Source: an uncultured virus (IMG/VR IMGVR_UViG_3300027887_000010) (taxonomy: Duplodnaviria; Heunggongvirae; Uroviricota; Caudoviricetes). Taken from it: a DNA stretch of 64,000 nucleotides. The notes under the pieces were generated by a model, which saw nothing but the letters and a program-made list of their open reading frames with translations, searched no databases and was not told the DNA's origin. The position numbers and the translations under genes were made by a program. This document shows, in pieces, positions 45,952 to 55,300 of this stretch (its first letter is position 1; the number at the start of each line of letters is the position of its first letter). Location: IMG/VR virus record IMGVR_UViG_3300027887_000010; one strand, 5' to 3'.

Positions 45952-46854
45952 TTAATCTTTTACTTGGTTCAGAAACTCAGAACGTGCATCACTATCGTTG
46001 CGAATAACTCCTCGCAAAGCTGTGGTCACAGTATGATGCCCTTGCTGACAAACTCCTCGCGATTCCATACAAAGGTGGCGAGCTTTAATGATAACACCAA
46101 CACCCTTTGGATTGAGATGTTCATGTAATGCATCTGCAATCTGCACCGTAAGTCGTTCTTGAACCTGTAGTCTCCGAGCAAACATATCTGCTAGACGCGA
46201 TAGCTTACTCAAACCAACAATTTTTCCATTTGGAATGTATGCAATTGAGCATGTCCCAATAATAGCTGCTAGATGGTGTTCACAGTGCGAATAAATTGGA
46301 ATGTCCTTAACAAGAACCATCTCGTCATAAGTTTCACCACCATCTTCAAAAACTTTAAGAATGTGTCTAGGATCTTTTCCGTAACCGCTGCACCAATGTG
46401 ACCAAGCTTTAATTACACGATGCGGAGTATCTAACAAACCACCTCTTTCTGGATTTTCTCCAATATATTGCAAAAGTCTTGTAACAATATCTGTAGCAGA
46501 GTTATCTTCACTATCCCGACATACTTCCCAAGGAAATACAATCCATTCGTTTGCATATTCACCATTAAGTTTATCAATGAGTGCAAAAAAAAGTTTACCA
46601 GGATTATCATCACAATATTGACGCATCGTATTACCGGAATCAATAATATCGTCAATGAAAAAATCTGCGTCTTCTGGATTATCCACAATAATAAAAGGAC
46701 AATAGGTTTCATCCCTGATAGAATATGCAGCAGCAATACCGCCTCGTGGAATTGGATAACACTTTTTACCAAAGAGATCAGCAGACAAAATTGCCTCTCT
46801 TACACTTTGTGAAAGAATTTGAATATCCGTATGAGTAAGGTGAGTTTTATTCAT
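45952..46854 (-). CDS. folE: Fusion of purine phosphoribosyltransferase (Gpt-like) and GTP cyclohydrolase I
   Basis: N-terminal IPRGG, IDDIIDSGNT, WIVFPWE; C-terminal SHCEHH, GLSKL, LQVQER, HLCMESRG. Confidence 0.9.
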   Translation of the reverse strand: MNKTHLTHTDIQILSQSVREAILSADLFGKKCYPIPRGGIAAAYSIRDETYCPFIIVDNPEDADFFIDDIIDSGNTMRQYCDDNPGKLFFALIDKLNGEYANEWIVFPWEVCRDSEDNSATDIVTRLLQYIGENPERGGLLDTPHRVIKAWSHWCSGYGKDPRHILKVFEDGGETYDEMVLVKDIPIYSHCEHHLAAIIGTCSIAYIPNGKIVGLSKLSRLADMFARRLQVQERLTVQIADALHEHLNPKGVGVIIKARHLCMESRGVCQQGHHTVTTALRGVIRNDSDARSEFLNQVKD

Positions 46855-46855
46855 T

Positions 46856-47341
46856 TTATAGACCAATCGAATAAGTTGCAGAACATTTCATAGTTTCGTC
46901 AACACGACAACTAACAAGTTTTACACCAGTTCCCGTTAGTTGATTTGGTCCAATAACATCTACAAGGTATTGAGCCATATTCTCGGCAGTAGGGTTAAAT
47001 GGTGTCCAAACAATAGATTCACGAAGAATGTTAAATTCATCTAGACGATCACTATCCTGCCCTTCTTCTGTACAAGCATAATAGAGCATTTGGAGCACAG
47101 GGTCACGTTCCCAAGCAAGAAATTTGTGATCCCAATTATTTTCAATCCACATGCAAAGACGTTCTTTAATCACAGAGAAGTCAATAACCCGACCAATGTC
47201 ATCTAAAGGCAATAACTCGCTTTTTGCAATACACACAAAGTGAATTCTATAATTGTGTCCATGGAGATGACGGCACTTAGACTCATGCCCGGTTACACGA
47301 TGACCACAAGATATATCGTGGTAGCGTTCAGCTGTGTGCAT
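46856..47341 (-). CDS. queD: 6-carboxytetrahydropterin synthase
   Basis: GHR, CRHLHGHNY, IDF, WDH, PTAENMA. Confidence 0.9.
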   Translation of the reverse strand: MHTAERYHDISCGHRVTGHESKCRHLHGHNYRIHFVCIAKSELLPLDDIGRVIDFSVIKERLCMWIENNWDHKFLAWERDPVLQMLYYACTEEGQDSDRLDEFNILRESIVWTPFNPTAENMAQYLVDVIGPNQLTGTGVKLVSCRVDETMKCSATYSIGL

Positions 47342-48116
47342 TATTTTCTCCAAGACGATGACTATCATAATTGCTAGTTTCGGGCAATTCCATTAGGTTT
47401 TCCATCCATGCACGAATAACAAGCGGATCAGGAAGTCCTGCTTCTTTAAATCCTTGCGCCCGGAGAACGTTAGCATGGTTCATATCCGTCGGAGGGTATT
47501 TACCATCATAACTTGTGTGACTATATGAAAGAGCTTCCCATGCGCCTGGAGTGTTATAGGCTAATTTTACAGTCTGCGCTTTAGAATAATTCATAAGCGG
47601 GGCTAAAATTTGATATTGGTTTCCATACTCGTTTGTTCCAAGAGCTTCGTTTGCAGCATCTTCGAATTTTCGACGAAACGCTTCAGTTGTATCGGGATAG
47701 TTTGCATTATCTTCTTGACAAATACCAGTCACGATAAAATTGCTACCAATTTCCACAGCACGATTCATTGCGATTGTGAGAAATAGGAAGTTACGCATTG
47801 GAACAAAAGTAAGCTCAACACGATCACCAATTACTTCAGCCATCTGCTCTGCATTTTCGTACTTTTCCAAAGGAGAGTCCGATGTAAGAGGACTTATTGA
47901 GTGAAGACAATCTGGAACCTTAATTACTTCCCACGAAGCAATGAGTTTCTTTTGCATTGCATCCATTGCAATTTTACGGGCAGCTTCAATTTCAAGAGAA
48001 TGTCTTTGACCGTAATCAAAAGTTATAGCACGAACTTCATCAAAAAGTTGAATTGCCCAAAATAATGCAGTTGTAGAATCTTGACCGCCTGAAAAAACAA
48101 CTAGAGCTTTTTTCAT
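47328..48116 (-). CDS. queC: 7-cyano-7-deazaguanine synthase, lacking the C-terminal Zn cysteines
   Basis: SGGQDS, FDYGQRH, FVP.RN, YPD. Confidence 0.9.
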   Translation of the reverse strand: MKKALVVFSGGQDSTTALFWAIQLFDEVRAITFDYGQRHSLEIEAARKIAMDAMQKKLIASWEVIKVPDCLHSISPLTSDSPLEKYENAEQMAEVIGDRVELTFVPMRNFLFLTIAMNRAVEIGSNFIVTGICQEDNANYPDTTEAFRRKFEDAANEALGTNEYGNQYQILAPLMNYSKAQTVKLAYNTPGAWEALSYSHTSYDGKYPPTDMNHANVLRAQGFKEAGLPDPLVIRAWMENLMELPETSNYDSHRLGENNAHS

Positions 48117-48118
48117 TT

Positions 48119-48829
48119 CTATTCCATTCCTAAAATTTTGTGAATTTGCAATTGTAAAACATAACCATTCTTCATACATGAACGAATAGCAGCTTTTGTG
48201 TTTTCTTGATTGTACATTTCGTCCTTTACATCTGCAGGTTGCAGATAAATTGTCTTTGTCGAACTAGCTTCGGTCGGACGTGCAACTCGAGGACTTGCTC
48301 CATGACCAAGAACATGGTTTGGCAATCCATCATGGTGGATTGAGTCTGCATTGACTACATATTTAAAGCAACAAGCAGCTTCATCTAATAGTTTATTGAT
48401 TTTACCTGATTTCGGACTACAAACAATATAAGCACCTTTTCGGAGCCATGTATTTTGTGACCAAACTACATCAGATGAAGGAGGGAGTGTGCCATTAGTC
48501 TCAATTTGTACAATAAAATTAAGGAGCAGAAGTCTATTAACTAAGTTTCCAATCTTCTGCCTGAAAGGTTCTCCTCCTGTAATCACAATAAGATTAGTTA
48601 CACCAAATCCAACAACAATTTCTGCAATTTGCTGAGGTGTAAGTAAATCCCGTTCGGATGTGTAATCCGTATCACATTGGGGACAGTCAAGATTGCAACC
48701 CGCAAGCCTAATAAAAACAGCAGGAGTTCCGCTAAAAGGTCCTTCACCTTGAATTGTATGAAAGATGCTATGTACTTCTAGCATTCCATCACTTCGATTA
48801 GATGCTTTTTCAATCGGTTGGGTATTCAC
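48119..48829 (-). CDS. queE: 7-carboxy-7-deazaguanine synthase (radical SAM)
   Basis: F.TIQGEG, CNLDCPQCDT, ITGGEP, IETNGT, SPK, Q.HK. Start may be 48856. Confidence 0.9.
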   Translation of the reverse strand: MNTQPIEKASNRSDGMLEVHSIFHTIQGEGPFSGTPAVFIRLAGCNLDCPQCDTDYTSERDLLTPQQIAEIVVGFGVTNLIVITGGEPFRQKIGNLVNRLLLLNFIVQIETNGTLPPSSDVVWSQNTWLRKGAYIVCSPKSGKINKLLDEAACCFKYVVNADSIHHDGLPNHVLGHGASPRVARPTEASSTKTIYLQPADVKDEMYNQENTKAAIRSCMKNGYVLQLQIHKILGME

Positions 48830-48860
48830 GTTTCGATTACCTATAAGGTGTGTCACACAT

Positions 48861-48890
48861 TAAAAAAGGGCCAGCTTGTGGCTGACCCTT
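48861..48890 (-). terminator. Rho-independent terminator
   Basis: Minus strand AAGGGTCAGC-CACAA-GCTGGCCCTT followed by a T tract. Confidence 0.7.
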
Positions 48891-48909
48891 AATTATACTG
48901 CAAGATGTA

Positions 48910-49449
48910 TTATTCCGCAGCAGGAGTGGGAGCAGGAGCAGCTTCAGCAGCCACCGGAAGCGAAATACGACCAGTGATTCCGTGGAAGGCGCGCCAACGT
49001 GCATATTGCGTCCGAATGGTAGAATCGTTCAAGCCCTGAGTTTGACCTTCCTTCAACAGGTTTGCAATCGGAGTCGGCTGACCAAGTACAGCTGAAATAG
49101 CATCAGCGAGGCCCCAGACCTTACCAGTTTCTGTTTCAGGCTTCGGCCGACGGACACCATTTTGTTCAGGCATCTTGTTGGCTTCTTTAGCAGCAACCTT
49201 TTCAGCCTTAGCAGCTTCTTTTGCAGCTTTATCAGCAAACTTCTTGGCTTCGCGTTCCGCAGCTTCAGCTTCTTTTTTGATCTTGCGATCAGCAGCTTCA
49301 GCTTCTTTCTTTGCTTTAGCTTCCGCAGCCTTTTGGGCTTTAGCAGCCTCCTTAGCAGCCTTTTCAGCTTCCTTGGCAACAGCAGCAGCGGAGGCTTGTT
49401 CAGCAGCGGCTTGTTCCGCAGCAATTTGTTCTTGAGTCTTTTCAGTCAT
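48910..49449 (-). CDS. Ala/Lys/Glu-rich protein with putative C-terminal DNA-binding domain
   Basis: AAKEAAK repeats; RPK....GKVW..AD domain; strong RBS and its own promoter. Confidence 0.75.
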   Translation of the reverse strand: MTEKTQEQIAAEQAAAEQASAAAVAKEAEKAAKEAAKAQKAAEAKAKKEAEAADRKIKKEAEAAEREAKKFADKAAKEAAKAEKVAAKEANKMPEQNGVRRPKPETETGKVWGLADAISAVLGQPTPIANLLKEGQTQGLNDSTIRTQYARWRAFHGITGRISLPVAAEAAPAPTPAAE

Positions 49450-49496
49450 GGTATTTCTCCTAAATTTCGGGTTGAGTTATTTGTTACAGCAAGCAC

Positions 49497-49525
49497 ATAA
49501 TACTAAAAAACTTCCGATATGGCAA
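49497..49525 (-). promoter_or_regulatory. sigma70-type promoter
   Basis: Minus strand TTGCCA, 17-bp spacer, TATTAT. Confidence 0.6.
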
Positions 49526-49553
49526 ATAATCTTTTAGATAGTAAACTACTAAT

Positions 49554-50291
49554 TTATCTTGCACTTTTCCATTTGCCAAATTGCACAGAAGTAGTAGAAC
49601 TATTGATACCTTCTTTAGTACAACGCTCAATGACAGCTTTACGCAACTGTTTATCATCTTTTATTGTTACAAATAATTCATCTGCAATATCCCAGACTTT
49701 GCCTGTAGTAGATCCTTCTTTTGGTCGTGAAGAAGGTCCTGTAAATGGATCACGTGGTGTCCTTTGTGGCTTCGTTAAATTCTTCCCTTGCGATTCAAAT
49801 ATTGTAATATCTGCTTCAGTTGGTATTGGATCGTCATCGTTGAGATCGTCTAGTATGCTAGGTTTCTTTGGAAAAAATGCCGGAGGTGGTTCTGGATAAT
49901 TTCGCGGCGTACTTACAGGATGATCCAAAACTGTAGGTGAAACAAAAGATGTAAACTGACCTTTGATGTACTTATATGTTTTTTTATCATTTGGACCAAC
50001 TGTTGCTGCAAATTTTGCCAATTCCTCTGGAATTACATCTGTAACAGGAACATAGGCTGCAATATATCCAAGTAATATTTTTGCAAGCTCATTTGGATAT
50101 TTATCGTCACCGATTGTATTTTTATACAATAATTTCAGTTCAAGATCTGTAAGCTTATACAGACACATATCTAAACTAGATATGTTACACCGTTCTTTAG
50201 GCGCTTCTAAATATACCAAATTAGATATTACATTAATCGATGGATGTTTATGCATTACACGCATATCTTTCATATTTAGACTTATATACAT
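49554..50291 (-). CDS. Hypothetical protein sharing a C-terminal domain with 48910-49449
   Basis: RPK...TGKVW.IAD...G.N.ST...Q...W. Confidence 0.7.
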   Translation of the reverse strand: MYISLNMKDMRVMHKHPSINVISNLVYLEAPKERCNISSLDMCLYKLTDLELKLLYKNTIGDDKYPNELAKILLGYIAAYVPVTDVIPEELAKFAATVGPNDKKTYKYIKGQFTSFVSPTVLDHPVSTPRNYPEPPPAFFPKKPSILDDLNDDDPIPTEADITIFESQGKNLTKPQRTPRDPFTGPSSRPKEGSTTGKVWDIADELFVTIKDDKQLRKAVIERCTKEGINSSTTSVQFGKWKSAR

Positions 50292-50298
50292 TTCAACC

Positions 50299-52050
50299 TC
50301 AGAATGGAATATCGTCTTCTAAATCACTATAATCTGGAATTTGTCTTGGACTTTGTATAAATGTAGATATACTTACCATAGGTCCTAAACCTTCTACCGA
50401 TGATTCTATTGTACCAAAGGCACTATTATCATAGCAATACGCTAGTATTTCTGGATATTTTTTGTTTACCCAAACCCGAAGATGTGTTGCTTGTAAAATT
50501 GTATTAACCGATTCAATTGCTTGTTCTGTTGTTACAGGCAATGGAACTGTTTTGTCTACAAGACGATCCCTCCACCATTGTCGTGCCTTACGTGCAGCAA
50601 ATCCTTCATGTTCTAAACAAACATAATCTGTGAAACACTTTAATCCACAATAATACTGCACCTTCATTGCCGGTGGTTTGTCATGCTTTGTATGGACACT
50701 TACTGTAATTGTATCAACTTTATATACTTCGACAATGGGGGCATCCCCCTTGATAAGTTCTTCTGTACTTGCTACTTGTTTTAGTTTTGTTATGATTGGA
50801 AATTGGTGGCCGCATCCTTGTATAGTTGGAAATGGTTCTCCTCCACAATAACGGGCACTTGCATGGTTATATGTGCCACAACATTCACATAGCTTGATTG
50901 GAGCTTCTCCAGTCTTACTACCTTTCTTTTTCGGTATTACAGGGTCGTTGATGGGACCAAGCCGTCTTGTGTTGTCAGCAAAATCTAGGACTAAGCAGTT
51001 TTCTTTTTTGTAGTCTGCACATTCAAAAGGACGTGTTCCTCTACCTAACATTTGAACCCAAAGAACAGGCGATTGCGTAGGTCTAAGCATTAGAATAAGA
51101 TCAAGTGCAGGCATATCAAAACCTGTGGTCAAGACATTGTTGTTTGTGAGAGCTCGTACCTGACCAGTCTTAAATTTATAAAGAGCATCTTTTCGTTCTT
51201 CGTTTGATAACTTACTATGGATAGGTAAGCTACTTACTCCACAAGCATTCAACATATCACTTACATGGATTGCATGTTCTACACCTGAACAAAAAACAAG
51301 CCAGTGTTTTCTATCATATCCAGACTCCATTGCTTCTTTAATTGCAGAATAACTCACTTCACTTTTATCTACAGCATTTTGAAGTTCTACTTGTATGAAG
51401 TCTCCAGCTCTTGTATGGACTCCATCTATATCTAGCATTGTTGCTGTTTTCTTTGGAACAACGGGAGAAAGATATCCTTCTGCAATAAGTCTATTGAATG
51501 CACTAATGCCTGTAATATCAAAGCATGTATCTGTAAAAATACCATCCTCTGTAAGAAGACCTTGACCAAGACGCCACGGTGTTGCTGTAAGACCAATAAC
51601 CTTTAAATGTGGATTAACAGTCTTTAAAGCATTGATAAGTGAGCGGTATAGTGTTTCTTCATTTGGACTTACTAAGTGTGCTTCATCAATAATAATAAGA
51701 TTAACAAGACCAAATTCAACCCATCTTTTGGCCATTGATGCAATACCACCAAAGATGATCTTATTAACAGTATCCCTTCGCTTAAGGCCTGCACTATAAA
51801 TTCCAGCAGGTGCATTAGGCCATACTGCTAATAACTTGGAATAGTTTTGTTCAATGAGTTCTTTAACGTGAGTTATGCAAAGAATCTTTTGGTTCGGGTA
51901 CTGTTTAAAAACACTTTCTAGAAACATCGCAATTACAATGGATTTCCCTGTACCTGTTGGCATCGCAATCAAAGGGTTGCCGTAGTTCGTTGCAAAATAA
52001 TTATAAACGCTACGAACTGCCTCCTCTTGATAACTACGAGCTTGTATCAT
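50299..52050 (-). CDS. Superfamily 2 DNA helicase (RadD/YejH-like, Zn finger)
   Basis: PTGTGKS, DEAH, TATP, LTTGFD, QMLGRG.R. Confidence 0.9.
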   Translation of the reverse strand: MIQARSYQEEAVRSVYNYFATNYGNPLIAMPTGTGKSIVIAMFLESVFKQYPNQKILCITHVKELIEQNYSKLLAVWPNAPAGIYSAGLKRRDTVNKIIFGGIASMAKRWVEFGLVNLIIIDEAHLVSPNEETLYRSLINALKTVNPHLKVIGLTATPWRLGQGLLTEDGIFTDTCFDITGISAFNRLIAEGYLSPVVPKKTATMLDIDGVHTRAGDFIQVELQNAVDKSEVSYSAIKEAMESGYDRKHWLVFCSGVEHAIHVSDMLNACGVSSLPIHSKLSNEERKDALYKFKTGQVRALTNNNVLTTGFDMPALDLILMLRPTQSPVLWVQMLGRGTRPFECADYKKENCLVLDFADNTRRLGPINDPVIPKKKGSKTGEAPIKLCECCGTYNHASARYCGGEPFPTIQGCGHQFPIITKLKQVASTEELIKGDAPIVEVYKVDTITVSVHTKHDKPPAMKVQYYCGLKCFTDYVCLEHEGFAARKARQWWRDRLVDKTVPLPVTTEQAIESVNTILQATHLRVWVNKKYPEILAYCYDNSAFGTIESSVEGLGPMVSISTFIQSPRQIPDYSDLEDDIPF

Positions 52051-52955
52051 TAAAACTCTTTCTTTCTTTCGTAATGAGAACAACCAGTAAGCATTAGTTC
52101 TTTTGGAATAACGCCCGGGCATACTTCATTTGAACAATGCCATTCAGCTTTTGAAATAGGTTTGCTATATTCACAAGTTCTACAGTTTATAGCAGGTGCT
52201 TCGCCCATTTGGCATACACCCTTATTATTACACATACGGCACTTCCAAAAGCCAATACTTGAGCCAATTTTAGGTGGAGGACTTTGCATCCAAATAATAC
52301 GTTCCCCTCTATCTAAAAATTCATCACATATAGCAGAGTCATAAGCAATAAGTTCTAGGTGCAAATCGTCATTATCTTTATTAACAGCCCCATAGATAGC
52401 ACAACCAAGACCCATCTTGCCCATGTAAGTGTTCATTTGGACATAATGTTCAGGTTTTGCTTCTTTAACTCCAACCTCTTTTAACTTTGTAAATGACTTA
52501 TTGTTGTGTGTTTTAAACTCAGCAAGTGCAGCAGTTCCCTCACTTAAATCAGGAATACCTATAACAATACCATCTCCAGATCCCCCAAAGTGACCTTCTG
52601 CATGAGTAATTCGATATTGCTTACCATTTTCGTCTTGCTGATAAACTTCACAACCAATCATTAGAAATAAAGCAATGAAACGTGCTTCTTCTAGATGACC
52701 CCTATTAAATAAACGAAGCATACGACCTTCAAACTTAGGCTTGACTGCCCATCTCCAACCATACCAGATTTCACGAGCACATTCCCGACCAACCATTGAT
52801 GCACCCAAGTGACTCCGAAACGTTTGTTCCTCTGGATTGTAAGCATCACCAATGTGGTTAATGACTTTACCTAAACATTCGCGAAACTTAGCACCTTGAT
52901 CTTTCTCAAGAGCTTCGTTGATTGCTTTTAGTGTCTTTGTTGCTAAGTAAATCAT
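52050..52955 (-). CDS. Cas4-like PD-(D/E)XK exonuclease
   Basis: GAS..G..C.R..W, G..DG, EFKT, Q...YM, C..C.....C. Confidence 0.8.
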   Translation of the reverse strand: MIYLATKTLKAINEALEKDQGAKFRECLGKVINHIGDAYNPEEQTFRSHLGASMVGRECAREIWYGWRWAVKPKFEGRMLRLFNRGHLEEARFIALFLMIGCEVYQQDENGKQYRITHAEGHFGGSGDGIVIGIPDLSEGTAALAEFKTHNNKSFTKLKEVGVKEAKPEHYVQMNTYMGKMGLGCAIYGAVNKDNDDLHLELIAYDSAICDEFLDRGERIIWMQSPPPKIGSSIGFWKCRMCNNKGVCQMGEAPAINCRTCEYSKPISKAEWHCSNEVCPGVIPKELMLTGCSHYERKKEF

Positions 52956-53485
52956 TTTTTTACTCCGCTAACCACAGTGTCGTTATTGTAGTGGCCACGA
53001 CTTCTATAAGAAGCATGGGCTGGAACTTCTTCGTGTTGCCAAAACATAATTTGACCGATAAAATCATATCGATTAAGTTCAACTGTATGGAAACGACTCA
53101 CATTATGAATTTCTAATGTAAGCGATGAACCATAAAATCCTGGATCAATATGTACAGCAAGTAGATGTCCTAGTGCAGAACGTGCAGATGTAGATTTTAA
53201 ATGAAACGTTGCGCTAAGATCATCAGGCATGTTGAACATTTCTTCAGTATGTGCAAGAATAAATTCACCTGGAGCTAGATCAAAACCATTATCAGTAATA
53301 TCCAACGATTCCATTTTCATAGCATCGCGATTATGTAGAACAATTTTGTGATCACCAGGCTTTTCAACCATCACAAGACGACCAAGCCTTACGTCAATAG
53401 AAGAACCTTGTACTTGATCAAAACTTTTGAGATTGTATAAAACACCATTCTCATATAATTTCATGAGCTGATTATAACTAAGCAT
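52952..53485 (-). CDS. dcd: dCTP deaminase
   Basis: SIDVRLG, L.PGEF.LA.T.E, KST.AR, IDPGF.G..TLE, Y..G.Y. Confidence 0.85.
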   Translation of the reverse strand: MLSYNQLMKLYENGVLYNLKSFDQVQGSSIDVRLGRLVMVEKPGDHKIVLHNRDAMKMESLDITDNGFDLAPGEFILAHTEEMFNMPDDLSATFHLKSTSARSALGHLLAVHIDPGFYGSSLTLEIHNVSRFHTVELNRYDFIGQIMFWQHEEVPAHASYRSRGHYNNDTVVSGVKK

Positions 53486-53500
53486 ACATGCTCCCGATTT

Positions 53501-53530
53501 AAAAAAAAAGGATGCCCGAGGACATCCTTT
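53501..53530 (-). terminator. Rho-independent terminator
   Basis: Minus strand GGATG/CATCC stem followed by a T9 tract. Confidence 0.7.
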
Positions 53531-53546
53531 TCCCATAGCTTTCCAG

Positions 53547-54338
53547 TTAAGACTGCGGAGGTTGAACCATCCACGGAGGAGTAGCACCTTGAGCAGCCGG
53601 AACAGCAGGATTAGCCACAGGTTGTTGTGGCGCCTGTTGAACTGGTTGTGCAGCCGGATTCCAAGCAGGAGGAGCCGGTGGAGCATATTGGGGCGCTTGA
53701 GCTTGTTGAATAGGAGGTGCCGCCATCTGTTGCGCTGGCGCCGAAGCTTGTTGCGGTGCTTGCCAAGGTTGCGGTGCTTGCGGCTGCTGCCAAGCTTGCT
53801 GCGGTGCTTGCTGCGGTGCTTGCGGAGCATACATGGGAGGAGCAACGGGCTGAGTCGGAACAGAAAAAGCTGGAGGTGCTGCAAATCCACCAGCAGCAGG
53901 CGGGAATCCACCAACATTAGCCAACGCAACTTTTTCGTTGATGTTTTTGAAAGCTGTAATTTCGTTATTAGCTTCATATTCACCGTCCGCCTTGCGAAGC
54001 TTAAGTTTCACCTTTAGCGGAAGGTTATGAAGTTGAGCACTATCTGCAACTTGCAAAACGCCAACAGCATGACAAATTGCCGACAATTGCTTGTATGCAA
54101 TTTCCTGAGCTGTAGCATTTTGGTTACGCAGATTCAGACGCGCATACACCTTTTTACCAGCGTGATCAGGTGGAGCAATAACGTTGAACTTTGTTTCCAG
54201 ATAAGCACCAGTACCGTCTTTTGTAGGCTTCATTTCTGAAGCTTCCATCATTACATCGTACCAACCGGCAGGCAATGCATCTTGGGATCCCGTATCAGGG
54301 GCGATGTTTGTTGCGTCAAAATTAAGAATTGCGGACAT
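53547..54338 (-). CDS. DUF669-like ssDNA-binding protein with Pro/Gln/Ala tail
   Basis: LPAGWY, LNL.N.N..A..IA..QL..IC.AVG; PPW C-terminus. Confidence 0.75.
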   Translation of the reverse strand: MSAILNFDATNIAPDTGSQDALPAGWYDVMMEASEMKPTKDGTGAYLETKFNVIAPPDHAGKKVYARLNLRNQNATAQEIAYKQLSAICHAVGVLQVADSAQLHNLPLKVKLKLRKADGEYEANNEITAFKNINEKVALANVGGFPPAAGGFAAPPAFSVPTQPVAPPMYAPQAPQQAPQQAWQQPQAPQPWQAPQQASAPAQQMAAPPIQQAQAPQYAPPAPPAWNPAAQPVQQAPQQPVANPAVPAAQGATPPWMVQPPQS

Positions 54339-54385
54339 GCATTTCTCCTAGCTAGGAAGACTGCGACCTTTAAATGAGGGGTCAC

Positions 54386-55216
54386 TTACCTCTTAAAAAC
54401 ATCAACACCGGACGAATTATAGATTGCATTCGCCATATGATTCCAACCATCTTGCTGCGGTATTGGTATTTCGCCAATTATACCATAGCGGTTTCCTGCT
54501 ACATACGAAGGAGTTCTAGATAGACCAAGGACACGTCCTTTATTGGAGGACACCCCTTTTGAAACTTTGTCTTCCCCTTTAGAGATATACATTGGTTCAT
54601 AAAGGAAACCTAGAAGATCAACCCATTGTGTTAGCATCTCCCTTTTTCCGTATGTCTTATTATTTTTGGGCGAATGTAACAAAATATCCCAAGAATCGTA
54701 TTCCCCAGATTGCGGATCAACTAACTTTGCAGAGAAAGCGTGACATGTCAATACAATGTTAATATTTCCATGTACAGCCAATTGATCGCATTGTTTTAGA
54801 AAAATGTCGAATAATTCATTGGCATAAGTGTATGCCTTGCCATATCCCCCCAAAGCACTTTCCATTGTAACAGCTTTTGCATTACCCTTTCCATAAGAAG
54901 CATCACGAGAAAGAGTTTTGTCGTGGATCATTCGTTCAAGAGCTGTAGCACTATCGTAAATAATAGTTTTGTATCCAAATTTTGCATGTTGAGCAGACGT
55001 AAAAATTTCGGATTGCAACGCCTGTAATTCATCCCAACTTTGAATCATTGGTGTTTTAGCTCCAGTGACACTTTCATAACCAACTTCCAAAGGAACGAGT
55101 AACGCTCCGGGCGCTCCACATGCAAGAGTTGTCTTGCCCATTTTTTCTTGAGCGCATAATGCAATACGGATTCCTTGAGGTTTGCGTCCGACATGCACTT
55201 GATCGAGGTAACTCAT
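54386..55216 (-). CDS. AAA ATPase (Sak4-like)
   Basis: EKMGKTTLA, YDS.T.LE, GGYGKAY. Confidence 0.8.
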   Translation of the reverse strand: MSYLDQVHVGRKPQGIRIALCAQEKMGKTTLACGAPGALLVPLEVGYESVTGAKTPMIQSWDELQALQSEIFTSAQHAKFGYKTIIYDSATALERMIHDKTLSRDASYGKGNAKAVTMESALGGYGKAYTYANELFDIFLKQCDQLAVHGNINIVLTCHAFSAKLVDPQSGEYDSWDILLHSPKNNKTYGKREMLTQWVDLLGFLYEPMYISKGEDKVSKGVSSNKGRVLGLSRTPSYVAGNRYGIIGEIPIPQQDGWNHMANAIYNSSGVDVFKR

Positions 55217-55300
55217 AACTAACCTTTCATATTAAAACCTCACTTACAATTAAGACTCGGTAGAGGTCTCTTTACCGTAGAGCTATTATAACACAATACG

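Noticed and set aside
49053..49899. Overlapping ORFs on both strands over the Ala/Lys-rich gene
   Set aside because: Artefacts of low-complexity codon repeats.
52952..53983. 343-aa N-terminally extended dCTP deaminase from the ORF track
   Set aside because: The extension overlaps the low-complexity tail of the DUF669-like gene and crosses a terminator. ATG at 53485 has an RBS.
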